Origin: Azolla caroliniana
Lineage: Eukaryota > Plantae > Polypodiophyta
NCBI GenBank assembly: GCA_043228905.1
Contig: JBHGNT010000005.1
Location: 11,532,001 to 11,596,000 of the forward strand
DNA length: 64,000 bases
Reading direction: 5' to 3'
The notes below the pieces were generated by a model that saw nothing but the letters and a program-made list of their open reading frames with translations, made no database searches and was not told the DNA's origin. The translations under genes were made by a program, and so were the position numbers. Position 1 is the stretch's first letter, and each line of letters opens with the position of its first letter. Below, piece after piece: positions 38,519 through 50,288 of this stretch.

Positions 38519-38536
38519 TGGTGAACCCGATGTGAA
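38519..38536 (+). promoter_or_regulatory. PBS, tRNA-Trp
   Basis: TGGTGAACCCGATGTGAA; 17/18 match to the complement of the plant tRNA-Trp(CCA) 3' end as I recall it (TGGTGAACCCGACGTGAA). Confidence 0.8.
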
Positions 38537-41171
38537 AGAGGCGGTAGGAAGGATCAAGTCGAGGATCGAACGATACTTGGAGATGGCGTCCTCATGCAAT
38601 CAAGCAGGAGAGTTCGAAGGGATGATGTTGATCATCGAACAAATGATGAGATCTCGAGACAACGATGCGAGTGTGTAGAAGGCCGTCGACCGTGTCGTGG
38701 AGCTTGAGGGTCAATTTGACGGAAGGAACATTACGAAGTTCCTTGATGCATACAAAAGGGAGATGAATTATAGGGACGTGTCTGAAGCAGGTCAAATCGC
38801 AAGTTTCAAGAGAGCGGTCGCCAACAATGTCCAAAGGCGCGTCGTCGAGCTTCAAGAAGGCAAGCCAACGTGGTCAGAGTTTGAAAGATCAATATTAGCG
38901 TAGTTCGTGACCGAAGATTTGTCGAGGATGACCCAGCATGCCTTGATGAAGTGGATAGAAAAGAAGAATAAGAAGATGAGCGCTTCGAGGGTATACGACG
39001 AGTTCGACGAGATGTGTAGTCGTCTCCCTGCCACAAACCAAGTACTACTTGAGGAGGACAAAACTTTGTACTTCCTAAAGGCTGTGGATATGAAGGATAG
39101 ACGAGAGTTGGCGACTCTCCTCGAAGACGATACCCAAGCGAATGGGCTTGTGGCGGACTAGGTTGCGGTAAAGCAAGCATGCAACAAGATCGATAGGCAT
39201 CATCAATGGCTTGATGATATTGACTTGGTAAGACCAAGCGTAGAAAAATCAAAACCATCTAAAGAAGTCGAGACGCTTAAACAATGCATCCAACATGAAA
39301 AGAAGATTGATGATGACTCGAGGACAATGACGGCCATTTTGAAGGAGGACAAATGTTTCGGAACATGCATCGTGTTCGAAACAACGGATGATGGAGAAAG
39401 CCAAATCGAAGCTTGCATTAAGGGAGATAAAGAGTGTGAGATCGACATGATGAAGGATCTCGCCATTAAAATCAACATCGAGGAGGCGGGTATGAATAAG
39501 ACAATAAGCGTCGACAACGATCACGACCGAATTTTCTCCACACATGTTCCAGAGACTTGGGCAGTTGCGTCAAAGAACCAACATGAGACCCAAGAGACGG
39601 AAGGTGTCAACGAGGAGCTGAAGGTCGAAAAGAATACATGCGACGAAGACAGAAGGATAATCGAAGCTTGCTCGATCAAGAAGGTCAATGGGTATGAGGT
39701 CCATGAGATTGAAGAGATAGCCACAAAAAATGACATCGAGTCGGAGATGGCTATGGACGAGTCGATGGCGGATGGTCATGTGGAGACTTTCCTAACACTT
39801 CATCTAGAGACTTGGGCAGTTGTGTCTCAGAATCAATGTGAGACCCAAGAGACGGATGGTGGCGAAAAGGAAGAGAAGGACCAAGATAATATAGACAATG
39901 ACGACGGCCAAATTTTCTCCACACTTGTTCCAGAGACTTGGGCAATTGCGTCCGAGAACCAATGTAAGACCCAAAAGACGGGAGGTGATGGCGAAGAACC
40001 GAAGGTCGAAACTAATACGTGCGACAAAGAGAGAAGCATAATGAAGGATTGCTCAATAAAAAGGATCAATGGGTACGAGGCCCATGAGTTTGAAGAGATA
40101 GCTACGGAAAATGACGTCAAGACGAAGATGGCGAATGGCCATGAAGAGCCTTTCCCCGCAATAGTTCTAGAGACTTAGGCATTAACCGATGTAAGATCCA
40201 AGAGACAGAAGCTAATGGCGAGGAAGCAAAGGTCAATGCTGATTCGAACAACTTTAAGATGGAAAAAGGTGGACGATGAAAATGTATGGGTCCCTCTACA
40301 CTCGTTCTAGAGACTTGGGCATTAACCAATGTAAGACCCCAGAGAAGGATACTGATGGGGAAGAAGCAAGGGTTAAAGCTGATATGTGCAACAAAGAGTT
40401 TGAGCTAAATATGACAAGGGATGGTGATGGCCAAGCAAGCCATGAGGATCCGAAGGATGTGATCAAAACATCTATCAAAGACACTACTGTGAATGAGTCA
40501 AAGTGCCTTGAGCAAGGAGAGGAACGAGACAAAGGTGGAACATTCATGAGACTTAAACGATTATCCTCAAGAAGAGAGCAAGGGGCCATGACAACAAGTC
40601 ATGGTAAAGCAAAGAAAAAACAAACCACAGATGGAAGATCCGAGCGGCAACAAAGTCTACGGAGGACTTGTACGGAGCTTGTCCCAATGTTAAAGTCATG
40701 ATCGGGGATGTGGAGATGGATCAAAACTTCTTTGTGCAAGAATTGGCGTCACATCCTATCATTCTAGGACAACTGTATATCACATCATCCTGGATGGAGG
40801 CCAAGGTGTTTAATAATGGAGCAGCCTTCGCACGAATCAAGAGTCTTGACAATCAAAGATTTGTTCAATTCCTAACGGTGCGAGCTAATCATGAAAGAAA
40901 TCGAGATAGACTTGTACGAAGCTTGTCCCAATGTTAAAGTCATGATCGGGGATGTGGAGATGGATCAAAACTTCTTTGTGCAAGAATCAGCGTCGCATCC
41001 TATTATTCTAGGACAACTGTATATGACATCATCCTGGATGGAGGCCAAGGTGTTTAATAATGGAGCAGCCTTCGCACGAATCAAGAGTCTTGACAATCAA
41101 AGATTTGTTCAATTCCTAACGGTGCGAGCTAATCATGAAAGAAATCGAGATAGACTTGGAGGCGAATCCCT

Positions 41172-41215
41172 AGATTTTTAGAGCGGACTATTGAAGGATG
41201 GGGCACAAATAGTCC
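41172..41215 (+). promoter_or_regulatory. Putative -1 ribosomal frameshift signal
   Basis: A GAT TTT TAG followed by stem GGACTATT...AATAGTCC; the -1 frame is open from the site into pol ORF 41256. Confidence 0.7.
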
Positions 41216-44200
41216 AAGCAATCACAAGTCCCCACAAGAAGGTAGAGCGCGTGAATTGCGTGGAGAAGCAACATGTGTCACACCTAGTGGCACATGCAAG
41301 CTAGTACTACCCGACAAGAAGGACAAGCGTCGGATACAAGTCTTCGAGAAGATGCTGAAAGAAGAAAACATAATAGAAGAAGACGAGTTTGTGACTCATA
41401 TTATGGAAGAAGCCTCATTTAACGACGCCATCGATGAAATCGAGGAAGTTGTAGACTTGAGCTATCTTCACGATCAACATGTGATTTCGGTTAACTCCGT
41501 CAACATGTACGCTATCATCGATGAATACCATCGTGGCATCTTGATGGAGGAAGCTGAAGTCAACACAAAATATAAAACTGTGGATAAGAAGATCAAGCCA
41601 GTTGCGGTTCTGCTACCGGAAGATAGTTGGCAAAAGATGAAGGAAGTCGCTAATGATCCAAGCTTAAGGGATCCGAAGGCAATAGGTCATGTCTTCACCG
41701 AAGAGACAAAGGAAAAGCTACGAGTTGGAAGGAAGGATTTCCTCCTCCCTGAAGAAGAGTGAATGTTTCGCGGCATGGGAAGGCTTTCGCCTTTTTCCCA
41801 CAAGAAATCGGATGTGTTGATCCAAGGACGATAGAGCCGATGGTGATCTTCACGGTGCCGCACGTACGTTGGAATTTGAAACCGATACCGGTTCCAAGAG
41901 CACACATACCGAAGCTGATCGAGCTCTTAAAGGAGAAGGTGAATATGGGAATTCTAGAACCGTCGAATGCTCCTTATTCTAATAGCTGGTTCACGGTGCC
42001 GAAGAAGAATGTATCATTGCGATTCATTCAAGATCTTCAACCCGTCAACAAGGTGACAATTTAGAATGCTGGAATTGGTCCGAGCGTGGACGAATTTGCC
42101 GAAGCGTTTGCGGGGCGATCCATCTACTCCATTGGAGATCTCTACTCTGGATACGACCAATTCCAATTGGCGATCGACAGTCGTGACATTACAACCATGA
42201 GGACTCCGATCGGGCTTGTGCAGATCCGTACCCTACCTCAAGGTGCAACGAACTCGGTGGCTTATATGGTGAATGCCATGAACAAAGTCTTGAAGGATTG
42301 CATCCCTGACATCACGATGCCGTTCTTGGATGATATTCCGATAAAAGGATGTTTGGATGAGGAGAAAGATGAATTGAAAGATAAGGAAGGGTGCAGAAAG
42401 TTCATCGCGGATCATATGAAAGATTGTGAGAAGGTGCTCCAAAGGCTCGAAGATGTGAATTATACATTTTTGGGAGAAAAATCTGCATTCGGGCAACCAG
42501 AGATCTTGGTGGTAGGTCACTTGTGTGGAGCATACGGCCGAAAGCCTTCGCCATCGAAGGTGAACGTGATCCAAGATATGAAAGAAGAATGTGTAAACCA
42601 AACGGAGGTTCGAAGGTTCCTTGGAGCATGCACGTTTTATCATATCTGGATTCCGCACTATGCCCATGTCGCCGAGCCTTTATATGGATTGCTAAAGAAA
42701 AGAATGAAGTTCGAATGGCGAGACGAGCACACAAACGCGATGCGAAGATTGAAAAAACTACTTCTTGAAGCTCCAGCACTAAGAAAGGCCGACTATACCG
42801 AAGGGAAGCCGATTTATGTGACTGTAGATACGAGCCCAACCGGAATCGGGTGGGTCATCAACCAAGAAGGAGAAGATAATACGCAGTATGCCATCCGGTT
42901 CGGAGCAAAGGTTCTCAACAAACGACAACAAAGATACGCCCAAGTCAAGCGAGAACTTTGGGGTATTGTGTCGGCAGTGAAGACGGACAAAGACTCCTTG
43001 ATCGGGTCGGAGGTAATAATTGAGACAAATTGTCTCCCAATCCTCAGGATGATCTCAGGATATGCGACACCAGATCTAACTATGTTAAGGTGGATCGCCT
43101 ATACCAAGTCTTTAAACCCAGAGAAGCGCCATATTGCAAGAAAGAAGAACACAATGGTTGACATGTTGTCGAGGGCAAGATTTGAGAATGAAAATGACAT
43201 GGTTTCGGAAGATGAAGACGTCACCCTTGACTTCTTCAAGATGGCCCGACTATCGGCGGAAGACAAGGACACGCTAACCCTCCACGCCTTCAACGAGGAT
43301 GAGTACGAAGGGGAGTGGATACTAATCGACAGATTCCTAAGAACAATGAGGACGGATGCTTCGTTGACGAAGGAGGAGGCCCTACAAATCCGGAAGAAAG
43401 CTTACCCGAATACTTCTTGAAGGGAGGATTCCTTTGGCGACACCCAAAAAGAAGGACAGGAATACCATGTCGAGTGGTGGTGAAGAAAGAAGAGCAAGTG
43501 ACGCTGATGACCGAATTCCACGAGAATCCTTGGGCAGGTCATAGAGGAACATGGGCAACATTCGAAAAGTTGAAGGAGAAGTACTGGTGGTCAAGCATGT
43601 ACAAAGATGTACTCCATTTCGTGTCCACATGCGAAACTTGCCAAATACATTTGAATATACGTCATCGTGATGAGCTACGACCGACATACTCGCTCACCAT
43701 ACACTTTGAATGGATGGTGGACCTGGTCTCAATGACAATGGGAGTGGGACAAATCAAGTACTTCGCTCTGGCAAGAGAAGACTTGACAAATCAAGTGGAA
43801 GGACGGGCCTTGACAAATAAGACGACGTCGGCTGTTCGCAAATTTCTACTCAAAGAGATTGTCTGCCAATACGGATGTGTGGGAAAGATAGTCGCCGATC
43901 GAGGGGAGTTGGATGCACACGAAGCAACGGAGCTTTTTGAACGACTAGGCGTGAAGCTCTCCCTCACGACTGCCTACAATCCAAAAGCGAATGGGAAGAT
44001 CGAGCGAGGGCATGGACCTATCGTCAAAGCCATTGTACGAGCATGCAACGGTCGAGTTGGGAATTGGCCACGACTATTACCCTATGCCTTGTGGGCTGAT
44101 AGAACGACACATAGTTCGGTAACAGGGTATATGCCAATAGAGCTTATGTATGGACAAAAGCCGGTAATGCCCATCGAAAGGACGATCGCCTCATGGGTAG

Positions 44201-44519
44201 TGATAACATGGGAGAACGAGATGAGCCAAGAAGAGTTATTAACGTCACGGATAAGGAAACTTGAAAGAAGACCTAAAGATCTAGAAAAAGCGCGAAAGAT
44301 TATGGAGGTAGCCCGAGTGAAGAACAAAATTCGGTTCGACAAGACGCATCGACTACGTCCCAAGAAGATCAAAGAAGGAGATTGCGTATTGGTCTACGAC
44401 AACAGCCTTGACAATCAACACAGTACAACAAGAAAGTTCGCAAGAAGATGGTTTGGACCGTATGTGGTGACAAGTGCCAACGATAATGCCACATACCACC
44501 TTGCGGAGCTAGATGGATC
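41178..44519 (+). pseudogene. pol (RT, RNase H, integrase) of the tRNA-Trp gypsy
   Basis: ORFs 41256-41762, 41759-42064, 42086-43420 and 43315 onward. Confidence 0.92.
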
Positions 44520-45184
44520 TGTTGGGATTTTCGGTCCCTCCGGATGGGATGTCCGGAGATGAATGACGGCAGACCTGGTTGCGGTTACGGAACCGGAGGA
44601 TGAAGGGTACCCGGTTACGGAGCCGGATGATGAAGACCCCGGCTACGGAGCCGGATGATGAAGACCCCGGCTACGGAGCCGGATGACGAAGACCCGGCTA
44701 CGGAGCCGGATGATGAAGACCCCGGTTACGGAGCCGGATGACGAAGTACCCGGAGAGAGATCCGGATGCGGAGACTATATTTGTAAATAGCCCGAAAGTC
44801 ATATGTGTATAAATATGACTTAGGGCAAACAGTTTAGTTGTTGTTGCTCATTTTCTGTTTTCACTTAGAGAGAGTGAAGAGAGCAGCCGAGAGAGAGAGA
44901 GAGAGAGAGAAAGACGAAGAGGTCGTTGCCTCTGTGTATTACCGCCGCCTGTGGCGAAGACAGTGAGCTCAAGGTTGTTGCCTTGTGGCTTCACCATTGT
45001 ACATCTCTGTTCATAGTGATAGTTGGAGTTTGAGGACTCCCGTGGTTTTTCCCATTTAGGGTTTTCCACGTAAAACATCCTGTGTATTTTTCTCTCTATT
45101 GTCTTCGTGCATTTTTTTTTGTATTTCCCGTTTTCTGTGAGTTGGTCCTATTCCTCGGTTGTGGCCAAGCACTGTTGTTTAACA
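44520..45184 (+). repeat. 5' LTR of Copia E
   Basis: TGTTGGG...TTTAACA; six ~28-bp tandem units. Confidence 0.96.
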
Positions 45185-45215
45185 AAGTGGTATCAGAGCA
45201 CGGTTAACACAGAAA

Positions 45216-48200
45216 ATGGAAGGCGGCGGTAGTGGGCCTCCGGGCATGATGGTGTTGAACTCACAGAACTACGCCGACTGGAAGATAAAGATGGAAGACC
45301 TTCTCATCGTCCGAGACCTGTACGAACCGATCGACAATGCCGAGATACCCAAGGGGGTAATAGAGTCGGAGTGGAAGCTCCTGAACCGGAAAGCCGTAGC
45401 GACGATCCGACAATATGTAGATGTAAGTGTCCTGCAACATGTGGCGAACGACACCAACGCATATGAGATGTGGAAGAAGCTGTCGGGCCTCTACGAGAGG
45501 AAGAATGCGTTGAACCGGACCTCCCTGATGTTACGGGATATTATATGGTCATGCCCGTAACATGGTCATGCCCGTAACACCTGATGAGGAAGATAGTGAA
45601 CCTCAAGTACCGGGACGGCGAGAATATGGTGGAACACGTGAGCACGTTCATGGGATTCGTGAACCAGCTTGCGGCGATCAAGTTCCCGTTGGAGGATGCA
45701 ATGCAAGCCATCATTCTGATGTGTACATTGCCGGAAAGCTGGGAGAACTTGGTGGTGACTCTCAGCACCTCCTGCACCGAAGATAACTTGTCTCTACAAA
45801 CGGTAAAGACAAGCATTTTGAACGAAGAAGCGCGTCGGAGAGATAAAGAACCGGTTTCCGATCCGAAGATGCGGCTTACCGAATCGGATCGGGGAAGACA
45901 ATGGAACCGGAGTCCGCAAAGACGGGAGAAGTCGGGGACCCGGTCGCAGTCAAGAGGAAGACCCACATGCTTCCACTGTGGGAAGCCGGGGCACTTCCGG
46001 AAGAATTGTCGGCATTACCGAAAGGACAACGGAGCCGACGACACCGATTCGAAGAAGTCACCGGAGAGAAACGGTGCATACCGGGGAGCCACGGACCGGA
46101 GAGGTCTGGATCGGCGAGGGCAGGACCGGAAAGGAACGACGGCACTCGCGGCAAGTGAAGAAGAGATAATGCTCATTACCGAAGAGAGGGAGCTGAACCT
46201 TGCCGGTGTAGAGATGACCTGGGTGGTCGATTCCGGAGCGTCGTTCCACCTGACCCCAGAGAAGAAATACTTCTCATCCTACACAGCCGGTGAGCACGGC
46301 TGTGTCCGGATGGGAATGAAGGCACATGTCGGATTGCCGGCATAGGAGACGTGTGGCTGATGACATCAACCGGATGCAAGATGCTGCTGAAGGATGTACG
46401 ACACGTTCCGGAGGTCCGATTGAACCTGATTTCGGCCGGGAGGCTAGACGATGAAGGCTACACGGGTAGCATCCGGAACGGTGTCATGAAGTTCAGCAAA
46501 GGGAGCCTGATAGTGGCTCGGGCCCGGAAGGTCAACACACTGTACCTGATGAATTCCCGGCTATGTCCGGAGGAGCTGAACGTGGCAGCCGATACTGCCG
46601 GTGAGCTGTGGCACAAGAGACTGTGTCACATGAGTGAGAAGGGGATGAAGAGGCTTGCAGAAGACAACCTTATTCCAGTGAAGCATGTGCACCTGGAGAA
46701 GTGCACCGATTGCCTGGCCGGTAAACAGAACCGAACCTCCTTCCACCCAAGGCCACCGACGAGACGTAGTGTACCATTGGAGTTGATACACACTGATGTG
46801 TGTCAGGTAGAAACGAAGTCACATGGCGGAGCCCAGTTCTTCGTAACATTCATAGATGACCATAGCCGGAAGCTGTGGACGGGACCGTTGAAGACAAAGG
46901 ACCAAGTATTGTCCGTCTTCAAAGAACTCCACGCGAGAGTGGAAAGGGAATCCGGCAAGGAGCTGAAAGCGATACGAGCGGATAACGGAGGGGAATACCG
47001 GGGGCAGTTCGAGGAGTACTGTCGCTCGAAGGGAATCCGGCTCGAGTTTACTGTGCCGAAGACGCCGGAACTGAACGGGCTGGCCGAGAGGATGAACCGG
47101 ACCATAATGGAGAGGGTCCGGAGTATGCTGACGCATGCGCAATTACCCAAGGGGTTTTGGGCTGAGGCAATGTCGACGGCGACATACGTGATAAACAGAT
47201 CACCCTCAGTACCTTTGGACGGAGACACGCCGCAGAGAGTGTGGACCGGTAGGGAAGTATCCTACCGGCATCTGAAGGTGTTCGGGTGTCTCGCATACGT
47301 GCATGTGGCAAAGGACCGGAGAGGAAAGTTAGACCCAAAGACCCGGCCATGCATATTCCTCGGTTACGGCGACGACGAGTTCGGCTACCGAGTATGGGAC
47401 CCGGTCGACAAGAAGATATTCAGGAGTCGAGATATCATCTTCATGGAGGACAAGATACTCGCCGACTGGGAGTCGGAGAAGAAGATGAAGAGCTCCAAGT
47501 CGACCGGTGAGGATCAACTCTACGAGGAGCAGTCCCGACCGACAAGGGACCGGTTAGCACTCGAGGATCCGGCCGAAGACGGTGAAGAAACAGAACCGGC
47601 CGAGGAAGATGAAACTGATACTGGAACCGGCCCCGATCCCGAAATGGATTCGGATGAAGAGGAAACGGAGGAGCCGGTTACCGAAGCTCCGGAACGGAGA
47701 TATCCTCTAAGAGAGAGAAGGGCCCCCCGGAGATTTCCGGAACCAGAGCACGTGCTACTAACCGACGAGGGGGAGCCGGAGAGTTTTGAAGAAGCAAAGC
47801 TTGACACTCATAGCCGCAGGTGGTTAAGTGCCATGCAGGAGGAGATGGATTCCCTGCATGAGAACCACACATATGAACTTGTGGAGTTGCCGAAAGGAAA
47901 GCGGCCACTTCGAAACAAGTGGGTGTTCAAGCTGAAACCGGGAGATGCCGGAAACCCCCGGAGATACAAAGCCAGGATCGTGGTGAAGGGGTTCCAGCAG
48001 AAGAAGGGCGTCGACTTCGACGAGATATTTGCCCCGGTAGTGAAGATGACCTCCATCCGGACGGTGCTGAGCATAGCGGCAAGCATGGACCTCGAGGTAG
48101 AACAGATGGACGTGAAGACGGCATTCCTTCACGGTGACCTCGAAGAAGAGATCTACATGCAGCAACCGGAAGGATTCGAGAAGAAAGGGAAGGAGCACCT

Positions 48201-49344
48201 CGTATGCCGGTTGAAGAAGAGCCTTTACGGTCTGAAGCAGGCTCCCCGGCAATGGTACCGGAAGTTCGACTCCTTCATGACAGACGAAGGGTACCACAAA
48301 ACGCAGTCCGATCACTACGTGTTTGTGAAGAAGTTCGAAGGAGGAGACTTTCTAATACTCCTCCTGTACGTGGACGACATGTTGATCGTCGGACGAGACC
48401 AGGTCAAGATACGGATGCTGAAGAAGGCTCTTCACCGAACCTTCTCAATGAAGGATCTGGGTCCGGCGAGGCAAATACTAGGGATGCACATCATCTGGGA
48501 CCGGAAGAAGAAGCAGTTGTGGCTGTCACAGGAGAAGTACGTGACAAAGGTGCTTCACCGGTTCAACATGTCGGAAGCAAGACCGGTCGGGTCAACACTC
48601 CCGGCAAACTGCAAGCTGTCCAGCAAGCAAAGCCCCAAGACAAAGGCTGATAAGGAGGACATGATGAAAGTACCATATGCCTCTGCCGTCGGGAGCTTGA
48701 TGTACGCAATGGTGTGTACAAGACCGGACATAGGATATGCAGTTGGAGTGGTGAGCCGGTATATGAGTAATCCCGGCAAGGAGCACTGGAACGCGGTCAA
48801 ATGGATACTCCGATACTTAAAGGGCACTTCGAACATGTGCCTCCGATTCGGCTCCGGTAAACCCGAACTCGATGGATTTACCGATTCGGATATGTCGGCT
48901 GATGCGGATACCAGCCGGTCTACATCTAGGTATGTAATGACATATGCAGGGGGAGCCGTTTCGTGGCAGTCGAGGTTGCAGAAGACGGTTGCGTTGTCAA
49001 CCACGGAGGCGGAGTACATGGCGGCTGTTGAAGCCGGCAAGGAAATAATATGGATGAAGGACTTCATTAGAGAGCTCGGTATCCGGCAGGAGGAGTACCG
49101 ACTCTACTGCGACAGTCAGAGTGCCATCCACCTTGCGAAGAATGCGGCCTATCACTCCCGGACGAAGCACATCCAGCGTAGATACCACTGGATCCGGGAA
49201 AGGATAGAAGACAAGGAGTTCGTGCTGACGAAGATCCACACGGACGAGAACGGGTCGGATATGCTGACCAAGGTACTTACACACGACAAGCTGGAAGCAT
49301 GCCGGAAGAGGATCGGATTGGAGAGACATCCCATGCCGAAGTGA
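45216..49344 (+). pseudogene. gag-pol of Copia E; two lesions, with integrase-RT-RNase H open for 997 codons
   Basis: 56-bp insertion at 45529 and a 1-bp deletion near 46311; CFHCGKPGHFRKNC, VVDSGAS, YVDD, TDSD, YCDSQSA. Confidence 0.95.
45529..45579. mobile_element. 51-bp TG...CA micro-insertion with 9-bp TIR and 5-bp TSD
   Basis: CCTGA [TGTTACGGGATATTATATGGTCATGCCCGTAACATGGTCATGCCCGTAACA] CCTGA; removing it restores NRTSLMRKIV. Confidence 0.85.
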
Positions 49345-49354
49345 AGGGGGAGTT

Positions 49355-50075
49355 TGTTGGGATTTTCGGTCCCTCCGGATGGGATGTCCGGAGATGAATG
49401 ACGGCAGGCCTGGTTGCGGTTACGGAACCGGAGGATGAAGAGTACCCGGTTACGGAGCCGGATGATGAAGACCCCGGTTACGGAGCCGGATGATGAAGAC
49501 CCCGGCTACGGAGCCGGATGATGAAGACCCCGGCTACGGAGCCGGATGATGAAGACCCCGGCTACGGAGCCGGATGACGAAGACCCGGCTACGGAGCCGG
49601 ATGATGAAGACCCCGGTTACGGAGCCGGATGACGAAGTACCCGGAGAGAGATCCGGATGCGGAGACTATATTTGTAAATAGCCCGAAAGTCATATGTGTA
49701 TAAATATGACTTAGGGCAAACAGTTTAGTTGTTGTTGCTCATTTTCTGTTTTCACTTAGAGAGAGTGAAGAGAGCAGCCGAGAGAGAGAGAGAGAGAGAG
49801 AAAGACGAAGAGGTCGTTGCCTCTGTGTATTACCGCCGCCTGTGGCGAAGACAGTGAGCTCAAGGTTGTTGCCTTGTGGCTTCACCATTGTACATCTCTG
49901 TTCATAGTGATAGTTGGAGTTTGAGGACTCCCGTGGTTTTTCCCATTTAGGGTTTTCCACGTAAAACATCCTGTGTATTTTTCTCTCTATTGTCTTCGTG
50001 CATTTTTTTTTGTATTTCCCGTTTTCTGTGAGTTGGTCCTATTCCTCGGTTGTGGCCGAGCACTGTTGTTTAACA
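49355..50075 (+). repeat. 3' LTR of Copia E
   Basis: Direct repeat of 44520-45184 with eight tandem units. Confidence 0.96.
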
Positions 50076-50288
50076 GGATCAAGGTTGGTCGTACCCATTG
50101 CGGGGAAAAGAGTAAAGATTTTCATGAAAATACAAGACAAGGATCCTAACCTTGATCACCTCGACTATGAAGATAATAGGACGGATGTGAATGAGGACGT
50201 AGAAGAATCTGATTGATCACTGTAGCCAAAATCTCACACTCTCTCTTCTTGGCACGTACCGGAGGACGCGCAGTTTAGTGGGCGTTGA

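Larger units (their letters stand above)
44520..50075 (+). mobile_element. Full-length young Ty1/copia (copy E, Tnt1/Tork-like)
   Basis: LTRs 44520-45184 and 49355-50075; TSD GGATC at 44515-44519 and 50076-50080; PBS TGGTATCAGAGC 45188-45199; PPT GAAGGGGGAG 49343-49352. Confidence 0.97.

Noticed and set aside
44581-44760. 28-bp repeats resembling a CRISPR array
   Set aside because: Head-to-tail with no unique spacers, located inside LTR U3, eukaryotic context, no cas genes
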